Shown here: positions 57,727 through 64,000 of the stretch, piece after piece | Position numbering within the stretch: position 1 is the stretch's first letter | How the letters are laid out: the number at the start of each line of letters is the position of its first letter | Virus record (IMG/VR): IMGVR_UViG_3300049979_000188 | Length of the DNA stretch: 64,000 nucleotides | Origin: a virus | Direction: 5' to 3' (one strand) | The notes under the pieces: generated by a model | Database searches by the model: none | What the model was told of the DNA's origin: nothing | What the model saw: only the letters and a program-made list of their open reading frames with translations | Program-made: the position numbers and the translations under genes

Positions 57727-58014
57727 ATGAACGAGCACGCAACCCCCGACCTGACTAGTACGCGCATTGGCCAGGAACTACCCCTGCGGCACTTGCAAGG
57801 GGACGAGTACACCTACATCCAGAACGAGCAGGAGCTCGCCGCTACCGTAGCTGACGTGAGCGAAGACGTGCTGGCTAAGCACATCAAGGCCTACGAGAAT
57901 GATACCATCACTGGGGCAATGGTGAAGGTGGGTGAGGGCTGGTACGACCAAATCTGGCTCACCACGGATAGCGCGCCCTATCATTTAGCCTCACTTTATA
58001 CCCGCGCCCTGTAA
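57727..58014 (+). CDS. Cassette hypothetical protein
   Basis: 95 aa; stop within -35 element. Confidence 0.7.
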   Translation: MNEHATPDLTSTRIGQELPLRHLQGDEYTYIQNEQELAATVADVSEDVLAKHIKAYENDTITGAMVKVGEGWYDQIWLTTDSAPYHLASLYTRAL

Positions 58015-58118
58015 CCCACCCGGTTCTTTTTACGTATACAGACCATAACCAACCCGCCCGTGTTTCTTTCGAGAGGCACGGGCCGGCTTGTCAGTACCCA
58101 CTTCATTTTCTTACTGAC

Positions 58119-58415
58119 ATGACCGACCAACTCCAACTCCTGACCCTTGTACCGCGCCAGTTTTACCTGCGCGAAGACACCCGCTACGCCTACGGCAAAG
58201 ACGGGAGCGACCGCGAGCCCCTCACGCCCCAGCAGGCCCAGGAGCGCGTGCAAGAGGCCCTGCTGGCCCAGGACGTGAGCCTGCAAGACGTGGCCCCGTT
58301 CCTGGGTGCGCTGCTGGTGGGCACGCCCGCCGAGCTCCTGCTGGAAGAGTCCTACCCCCGCGCCAGCTGCGACTGCTGCAACGACCATGTAAAAGTTTTT
58401 TTGGTTGTGGTGTAA
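58119..58415 (+). CDS. Hypothetical protein with CDCC motif
   Basis: 98 aa; SCDCCNDH. Confidence 0.65.
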   Translation: MTDQLQLLTLVPRQFYLREDTRYAYGKDGSDREPLTPQQAQERVQEALLAQDVSLQDVAPFLGALLVGTPAELLLEESYPRASCDCCNDHVKVFLVVV

Positions 58416-58485
58416 CCTTCTGCTAAGGTTAACCGTAAAAGACCGTATACCGAGCAACGGAGCTCGGTATACGAGCCTTACTACT

Positions 58486-58776
58486 ATGCAAGCTGAGACT
58501 ATTTTAGTAACCCCCGCACACTGGACGCTGAGTAATCTAAATGGGGTGACAACAATGGCGGATTTTAACCGTCGCCAGAAAAACGATAAATCCCCCCGTA
58601 TTCTTCGGCAAGGGACTAAGCAAGCCCGCACTAGCGGTTACGTTAGCTGGTTACGCAAAGCAACTGAGTCTGGTAAGATTGAGCTCTTACTATGGGTGGG
58701 TGCCACTAAAATGCAAGCAGTCCATAACGCGCGTCTCAGCGGCGAACCCGCCAAACAGGGTTATTCTGTAAAATAA
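58486..58776 (+). CDS. Cassette hypothetical protein
   Basis: Start moved to MQAET. Confidence 0.65.
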   Translation: MQAETILVTPAHWTLSNLNGVTTMADFNRRQKNDKSPRILRQGTKQARTSGYVSWLRKATESGKIELLLWVGATKMQAVHNARLSGEPAKQGYSVK

Positions 58777-58867
58777 AAAGTTTTTTCACTAAACGCAACT
58801 TTCTCCGAGGGCTCTGCGTAAAAGGACACATAAAGGGCAACGGAGCCCCTCGCAAACCTTCCCTACC

Positions 58868-59443
58868 ATGCAAGCTGTTATCACGAACGCGCTGCTTCAG
58901 AACGCCCGTCAACTCAACGGGATGCAGGACGAGCGCACAACTAGCGCCATCATCCCCACCCTCGACGGCACCTACCTCATCGAGGTAGTAGGCTGGGTGA
59001 TGCTGCAAAAAGTTACGGCCGGCCGCTACCGCCTCGTTATTCAGCGCGGCACGGCTTACTTCTACAAGCCGAAAGGAAGCAAGCTCATCGTGGCCCACCA
59101 CGAGAGCGTCGTGCGGATGGCCAACGGCCGGGCTGGCGACCTTAACGGCATCAATTACCTGGGCGTAGGTAACGAGACTACCCAGGCCGCCCTGGATGCC
59201 AGCCAGCCCGAGCTGAGCCTGGGTGCGTGCTACGATATTGCGGTAACTTTTGAGCCCGGTAGCCAGCACCAAAACTACGTTATTCGCCAGCAGATAAGCA
59301 ACGTAGATAACGAGGCGAAGGAATATGAGGTTACGGTTCTTTCGCCCGTTCCTGAACCAGGCAAGGTAGTGACCGTGCGCCGCAGCTTTTACAAGCTCCA
59401 CCGCCAGGTGCGCGAAGATACCCGCCTGACCCTGGTCGGCTAA
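58868..59443 (+). CDS. Cassette hypothetical protein
   Basis: 191 aa. Confidence 0.75.
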   Translation: MQAVITNALLQNARQLNGMQDERTTSAIIPTLDGTYLIEVVGWVMLQKVTAGRYRLVIQRGTAYFYKPKGSKLIVAHHESVVRMANGRAGDLNGINYLGVGNETTQAALDASQPELSLGACYDIAVTFEPGSQHQNYVIRQQISNVDNEAKEYEVTVLSPVPEPGKVVTVRRSFYKLHRQVREDTRLTLVG

Positions 59444-59559
59444 TTAGATGGACCCTGACAGGAGATTGTCAGGGTCCATTTATTTTTTCGTAAACTTGTA
59501 ACCTTTGACTCCTCACCCTCGTAAAAGGAGGCAGAAACCAACTAACCCCTTTTCTTCTC

Positions 59560-60015
59560 ATGGATACCTTACTCGCTGCTGCCCCCACCGCCACTAGTTC
59601 TAACGCCGAGGCTACCTTGCAAGAGGGCCTACGCTGGCTGCGTCACCACAATATTCCTTACTACAACGCCCAGCCAGGGAAGGTAGCGCTGCTGGGGGAT
59701 AACGAGGTAAATGCGCAGCCGCTGGTGGGGCGGTTCGGTCCGTTGCGCTGCCACCAACTCACGGTAGTCGAGGCGGCTACCGGCCTGCCCCTGACTGTTA
59801 CCAGCGGCACCCAGCTGTTGGCGCTGGCCGTGGACCTGACCCGGCCCCAGCCGCGTATCCTGGTGGATGCCTTGACCCCGCAGGGCCGTAAACGCGAGCT
59901 GCTGCTCACGGCTCGCCAGGCCGACCTGGCCCGGGGCGAGGACACCAACCATTCGCTGCTGGCCGACGTGCTGGCCCGGCTGCGTGCCCTGCAAAAAGTT
60001 CGCGTTAGTCGCTAA
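59560..60015 (+). CDS. Cassette hypothetical protein
   Basis: 151 aa. Confidence 0.7.
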   Translation: MDTLLAAAPTATSSNAEATLQEGLRWLRHHNIPYYNAQPGKVALLGDNEVNAQPLVGRFGPLRCHQLTVVEAATGLPLTVTSGTQLLALAVDLTRPQPRILVDALTPQGRKRELLLTARQADLARGEDTNHSLLADVLARLRALQKVRVSR

Positions 60016-60124
60016 CCACGAAAAACCCTAACTAAAAAAAGTTAGGGTTTTTTTGGCTACCTTTGTAACCTTTCTGCGAGCCCTGCGTAAAAGGAGGCAG
60101 AAACCAACCAACCCCGCTAACTTT

Positions 60125-60412
60125 ATGTGCACCGAAACCCTGAACACCCCCAAGTGGATTACCACCGATAGTGACACCCGGCAAAAAGGCCGCCAGCTCG
60201 GGCCTGGGGTGTATGAGTTTAAGGAGCGGCGCAACGGCCAGAAGTTTCGCCGCACGGTGGTGCTGGCCGACTACTCTACCGAGCGCCAGGAATACTATAT
60301 CAGCGCCTACTACGGCTCCCTGGCGAAGTTGCGCGCTGAGTTCCCCGAGCCGGAAGATGCCGACTGGTTGCTGGCTGAATGTATTTTTGAGCAATTGAGC
60401 TATTATTCGTAA
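60125..60412 (+). CDS. Conserved phage hypothetical protein
   Basis: WITTDSDTRQ.GRQL....YEF...YISAYYGSL...LAECIFE; stop within -35 element. Confidence 0.7.
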   Translation: MCTETLNTPKWITTDSDTRQKGRQLGPGVYEFKERRNGQKFRRTVVLADYSTERQEYYISAYYGSLAKLRAEFPEPEDADWLLAECIFEQLSYYS

Positions 60413-60465
60413 CCTTTTCCCAGGGCTCGGCGTAAAAGGAGGCAGAAACCAACCCCTTACTTCCA

Positions 60466-60774
60466 ATGGAAAAGAAACTTGTATCCTGGGCCACATTCAG
60501 TAAGCAGGATGGGAAACACCTCCCGCGCAAACGGCGTGGCGACTGTGCGGGCTTTGGCGGAGTAGACGTGGTAGACCCTACTTTACGGGCGGCTGGTTAT
60601 AGTCGTCGTTCGGAAGATGGTATACTGGGCTTTGATAAACCTAAAACACTCGCAAATCAACTCTTTAAAGAGTTTAGTGATGAGATAAATGGTATAGCTG
60701 TTTATCACGTAGCTCGCCACCGGGCCGATATGGATGGTTTTACGCTCAATCTTTATTTTCTTAAAAATGCTTGA
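60466..60774 (+). CDS. Cassette hypothetical protein
   Basis: 102 aa. Confidence 0.65.
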   Translation: MEKKLVSWATFSKQDGKHLPRKRRGDCAGFGGVDVVDPTLRAAGYSRRSEDGILGFDKPKTLANQLFKEFSDEINGIAVYHVARHRADMDGFTLNLYFLKNA

Positions 60775-61069
60775 CTTCACCCCCAGCACCCTGGCCCGCT
60801 TGCACAAGCAGCGCCCCAGCACCGGCAACACCCTTACTCACTCGGTGCCCCTGGGCCTGGGTAAGGCGCTCGTAAAAGGCGAGAAAAACGGCCTCTGTAA
60901 TCGCAGCGCCTGCTTGAAGCCGGGCGCTACCTTTCGCCACATCGGCAATGGCCTCTACTACTGCCCCGAGTGTGCGGGGCTCATCAATTACCCCGGTGGC
61001 CAGGCCGACGCGCAGCGCCTCTTCGGCCGGCCCCTACTGTGCATGGTAGACCCTGAAGACGCAAAATAA
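60767..61069 (+). CDS. Putative zinc-finger protein
   Basis: CNRSAC...YYCPECAGLIN. Confidence 0.65.
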   Translation: MLDFTPSTLARLHKQRPSTGNTLTHSVPLGLGKALVKGEKNGLCNRSACLKPGATFRHIGNGLYYCPECAGLINYPGGQADAQRLFGRPLLCMVDPEDAK

Positions 61070-61157
61070 TTTTACGTAAAGCTGTAACCTTATCTGAGCG
61101 AGCTGCGTAAAAGGACACATACCGGGCAACGGAGCCCAGTACTACTACTCTCCCCAC

Positions 61158-61583
61158 ATGGTTAAGTTAACTGACACTGTACTTAAAAACCAGGCGGCTT
61201 TCCTGCTCAATACCAGCAGCAAAAACATCTACCTGGCCGCCGTACCCGCCGATGGTGACCCGGGTGCTCTGCACTACCAGGGGCAGGTCTACGAGTTCCA
61301 ACTCGACTACAAGGGCATCGTGCCCGACAGCTTGGTAAACACCGGCCGGGCCACGGTTACGATTGTGGTGAAGCGTGACTGGCTCGACGGTCGGGCCACG
61401 GCACAGGAGCTGTGCATCTTTTACGGCACGGGCACCCCGGCTGACAGCACGCTCTGGCCCGAGCAGTGGAAGCAGGTACGCACCAGCCTCAATTATTGGG
61501 AGTGGGTAGCCAAGGAGTTGCGCCTGCGCCGCGAGTACCGCGAGCGCGTCCTGCTCGACTACCCCGACATGTTTACCAAATAA
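61158..61583 (+). CDS. Cassette hypothetical protein
   Basis: 141 aa. Confidence 0.7.
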   Translation: MVKLTDTVLKNQAAFLLNTSSKNIYLAAVPADGDPGALHYQGQVYEFQLDYKGIVPDSLVNTGRATVTIVVKRDWLDGRATAQELCIFYGTGTPADSTLWPEQWKQVRTSLNYWEWVAKELRLRREYRERVLLDYPDMFTK

Positions 61584-61682
61584 ACGTAAAATAATCGGCA
61601 GCAAGTGTAACCTTGCTGCCGAGTCCTGCGTAAAAGGACCATGAAGCGCAACGGAGCGCTTCACTTTACCCCTCCTACTCTT

Positions 61683-62069
61683 ATGGAATACAATGGCACC
61701 CACTACGGCGCAATGTTCAGCGTCTTTCAGGGCTACGTCGCGCAGCAAGCTGACCAACGCAAAAACATGGAGGATGCCTTGGTCTCCTACTTGAAAAGTG
61801 CTGAGGTGACCCGGTTCCTGGTCAGCGATGGCAACGAGCCCTGCCTGGTGGAAGTTATCCAGAATGCCCACCTCAACCCGCCCGTACTGGAAAAAGACGG
61901 CCAGCTGCACTTTATCAGCACCCAGGGGCTGCACACGGCTCAGGGCCTCAAGCCGTTGCGTTGTTTCACGGATGCCGAACTACTAGCCGTCGGTGCGTAC
62001 GTGCAGCAGTGGTATCGTTACCACTACTTTGGCTACCACCAGCCCAACCCCTTTCCCAGCGCCGAATAA
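61683..62069 (+). CDS. Cassette hypothetical protein
   Basis: Start moved to MEYNG (track start lies inside the leader hairpin). Confidence 0.7.
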   Translation: MEYNGTHYGAMFSVFQGYVAQQADQRKNMEDALVSYLKSAEVTRFLVSDGNEPCLVEVIQNAHLNPPVLEKDGQLHFISTQGLHTAQGLKPLRCFTDAELLAVGAYVQQWYRYHYFGYHQPNPFPSAE

Positions 62070-62166
62070 AAAAACCTCGGGGGAACGTAACACTTCCCCC
62101 GAGCCCTGCGTATACTACCTTACCAACCGGGCACCAATGCCCACTTAACCCCCCACACCCCCTTTT

Positions 62167-62586
62167 ATGGCTGTATCAGATGTAGCCTCCGTTCTCGCCA
62201 CCCTGCAAAGCTTCGGCTTTAGCGGTAAATTCCAGGCCGATGGCACCCTGGGGTTCAACCTGGCCAGCCTGGCCACCGATGAGCTCAGCAAACTGCTGGC
62301 CTTTCGCCGTAGCTACGGCCACCCCATCGCCCTCAAGCGTAGCGGCACCGGCCTGCGGGTGAGCTTCACGCCCGGCGTGGAGCCGGTAAATCAACAGGCG
62401 GTAAACTTGGAGTTCACCAAGATTATCGAGCAGGAAAAACGCCTCAGCCCTACTGGCCAGGGCTACAATGTACACACTCTCAACGACCCCGAGTTTGTGG
62501 CCCTGGTAGACTACCAGAACTACAAGGATAAGCCCGTTACGCTCAAGCGTAGCGGCACCGGCCTGCGGGTTACGGTGGGCAACTAA
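62167..62586 (+). CDS. Protein built of two tandem ~70-aa domains
   Basis: LKRSGTGLRV twice; identical 29-bp DNA at 62332-62360 and 62542-62570. Confidence 0.75.
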   Translation: MAVSDVASVLATLQSFGFSGKFQADGTLGFNLASLATDELSKLLAFRRSYGHPIALKRSGTGLRVSFTPGVEPVNQQAVNLEFTKIIEQEKRLSPTGQGYNVHTLNDPEFVALVDYQNYKDKPVTLKRSGTGLRVTVGN

Positions 62587-62708
62587 GCAAGAAAACCCTG
62601 ACCCTAAAAAGTCAGGGTTTTTTTATAACTCTACGTAACCTTTCCCCCGGGCTCTGCGTAAAAGGACTATAATCGGCAACGGAGCCGACTACTATTTCCC
62701 TCCGCCTC

Positions 62709-63101
62709 ATGGATTTTTCGTATCAGCACCTGGCCAACGCTTACGCCCTGTTCAACAACTACACCCAGCAAGAATACGAGCAGCGCCGCAGCATTGTTGA
62801 TGCCATTGCCGGGGGCGTGCGCACCGAGCGGCTGGCCCCCTACCTGGAAAACGGGTTGCTCTCGGTGAGCCTGCTGCACGAAAAGGCCCGGTTCTTTTTG
62901 ACGGATAAGAAGCTGCTCGATTTTGGCAAGCCAGCCGAGGTGCTGGCCATTGGCGAGGACCGGGTGTATACGCCCATTGGCTACCTGAGTATGGAAAACC
63001 TCAGCAACCAAGATTTGGTGGCCGTGGCCGGGTGGGTACAGAAGATTTACGTGGATATTGAAATTGGCGAACAGGTTGGCCAGCGCACTCGTCCCAGCTA
63101 A
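62709..63101 (+). CDS. Cassette hypothetical protein
   Basis: 130 aa. Confidence 0.7.
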   Translation: MDFSYQHLANAYALFNNYTQQEYEQRRSIVDAIAGGVRTERLAPYLENGLLSVSLLHEKARFFLTDKKLLDFGKPAEVLAIGEDRVYTPIGYLSMENLSNQDLVAVAGWVQKIYVDIEIGEQVGQRTRPS

Positions 63102-63191
63102 TTTATTTTTCGTAAACTTGTAACCTTTACCCGACACCCACGTAAAAGGATACATAACCGGCAACGGAGTCGGTTAGTCAACTTCCCTCCC

Positions 63192-63515
63192 ATGTTAGAG
63201 TTAACCAAGCAAGCCCTGCTGAGTCGCATTTTGGGCAGTCCCCTGCGTCTTCGTAAAGCCACCCGCTTTCGCCGTAACCAGCTCAAGAACCTGGCCCGCC
63301 GCAAGGGCTACCGCCTGCTGCGCGTCTACACCCGGCACATCGGCTGGATTTACCGCATCGAAATCCTGCCCTATCCCGGTAACGGGGAAAAGTTAATCCG
63401 CACCTACGACTACTGCAAAACCCAGGCCGCTACGGCCGCTGAGCGCCTGGCCCTGCACCTGCTGGGAAAACCCGACATTAGCTGGAAACGTAAAAAAAAG
63501 CTAGTTTCGTTGTAA
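63192..63515 (+). CDS. Basic cassette hypothetical protein
   Basis: 107 aa, R/K-rich; stop within -35 element. Confidence 0.7.
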   Translation: MLELTKQALLSRILGSPLRLRKATRFRRNQLKNLARRKGYRLLRVYTRHIGWIYRIEILPYPGNGEKLIRTYDYCKTQAATAAERLALHLLGKPDISWKRKKKLVSL

Positions 63516-63587
63516 CCTTTCACAAACTACTCCCGTATAAAGTATCAGAAAGCCAGGCAACGGAGCCTGGCTTAACTTTCTAGTCCC

Positions 63588-63728
63588 ATGCTAACTGTAA
63601 GCAAAAAAACACGTAAGCGCCTTAACGCACAAGATAAACGCACCCTGGCTATGCTCGAAGCGGTGATAAACCCCAGCCAGGAAGTACTAGAGCACATTGC
63701 GACGCTCAAAAAAGAACAGAAAGACTAA
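63588..63728 (+). CDS. Small hypothetical protein (46 aa)
   Basis: MLTVSKKTRKRLNAQDKRTLAMLEAVINPSQEVLEHIATLKKEQKD directly after cassette; below track cutoff. Confidence 0.6.
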   Translation: MLTVSKKTRKRLNAQDKRTLAMLEAVINPSQEVLEHIATLKKEQKD

Positions 63729-63813
63729 AAGTTGCGTAACCTTTTCCCTACCCCTCACGTACAATAGACATCTCCCCGGCAACGGAGCCGGGGAGCTTTC
63801 CTCCCCATTGGTT

Positions 63814-64000
63814 ATGCAAGATACTACCCGCGCCGATGCTTACCTGGCGAAACTTAATGCCCTGACTCCGGCTGAGCAAGAGGCGTACTACGCCGCGTGT
63901 GACCGGGCCAGGCAGCCCAATAACACGCTCGAAGAGTACGCCACGGCCACCAACGGTACGCGGATGAACCTGGGCTGCGCCGTGCGCATCCTGGAGCGCC
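63814..64000 (+). CDS. Cassette hypothetical protein (runs off window edge)
   Basis: MQDTTRADAYLAKLNALTPAEQEAYYAACD... open to end of window. Confidence 0.65.
   Translation, partial: MQDTTRADAYLAKLNALTPAEQEAYYAACDRARQPNNTLEEYATATNGTRMNLGCAVRILER

Larger units (their letters stand above)
37950..62624. terminator. Family of near-identical bidirectional terminators AAAAACCCTGAC-CCTAAAAAA-GTCAGGGTTTTTT
   Basis: Copies near 37950,41281,44272,46566,48760,49505,53657,54199,55490,55955,60020,62591; each sits just upstream of a promoter. Confidence 0.85.
33660..63763 (+). promoter_or_regulatory. Rightward GTAAC-N16/17-CGTA(A/T)A ECF-type promoter set (50 copies found by eye)
   Basis: -35 starts at 33660,34388,35112,36035,36287,36795(CGTTAA),37994,38947,39416,40413,41327,41946,42833,43369,44318,44948(CTAAC),45820,46610,47176,47661,48193,48650,48805,49550,50296,50848,51183,51932,53205,53704,54243,54843,55536,55997,56809,57213(GCAAC),57669,58011,58412,58795(GCAAC),59498,60065,60409,61084,61607,62087,62635,63120,63512,63736. 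Confidence 0.9.
38029..63795 (+). promoter_or_regulatory. 5'-leader hairpin family with invariant AACGGA loop (33 copies counted)
   Basis: Examples: TGTACCCGGC-AACGGA-GCCGGGTACA (48226), ATTTACAAACGGT-AACGGA-GCCGTTTGTAAAT (56839), CGTATACCGAGC-AACGGA-GCTCGGTATACG (58444), TGAAGCGC-AACGGA-GCGCTTCA (50331, 61642); stems covary and include G.T pairs. Confidence 0.9.

Noticed and set aside
46598-61682. ORF-track starts at 46598, 53711, 55543, 58405, 60053, 61641
   Set aside because: They begin inside terminator/promoter/hairpin cassettes; downstream starts adopted.
38029-63795. GGAG of the hairpin, or AAAGGA after -10, as Shine-Dalgarno sites
   Set aside because: They lie about 20-60 nt from the ATG, too far for SD function; the sequence just before ATGs is C/A-rich without SD.
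37944-64000. CRISPR array interpretation of the recurring repeats
   Set aside because: Repeats are degenerate, separated by whole genes of 200-900 bp rather than 30-40 bp spacers, and no cas gene is present.
37944-64000. Integron attC sites
   Set aside because: TAAC is present but there is no paired GTTRRRY core and no integron integrase in the window; fixed 16-17 bp spacing fits a promoter better.

Overview
Gene-dense, tRNA-containing accessory region of a large (jumbo-type) phage, probably infecting a GC-rich Bacteroidota host. Host evidence: SD-less starts with A at -3, a Bacteroidota-type lipoprotein, and a TTG-N20-TAnnTTTG promoter. No virion, replication or integrase genes are recognisable. 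Genes run leftward in 1-33.5 kb and rightward in 33.7-64 kb from a divergent junction. The main unexplained structure is regulatory. A 361-aa ECF-like sigma factor (36858-37943) has a host-type promoter upstream. At least 65 promoters of form GTAAC-N16/17-CGTA(A/T/G)A were found by eye. From 38 kb on, nearly every small gene is its own terminator-promoter-leader cassette, and 33 leaders carry a hairpin with a freely covarying stem but an invariant AACGGA loop. The left arm holds two site-2 (M50) proteases, nucleotide/alarmone-handling enzymes (HD/SAH-like, CYTH, two MazG-like, NDT-like), DUF932, two homing endonucleases, tRNA-Glu, two tRNA-like RNAs with the anticodon arm replaced by multi-hairpin inserts, and two more candidate structured ncRNAs. 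All calls are manual motif recognition; no database searches were run.
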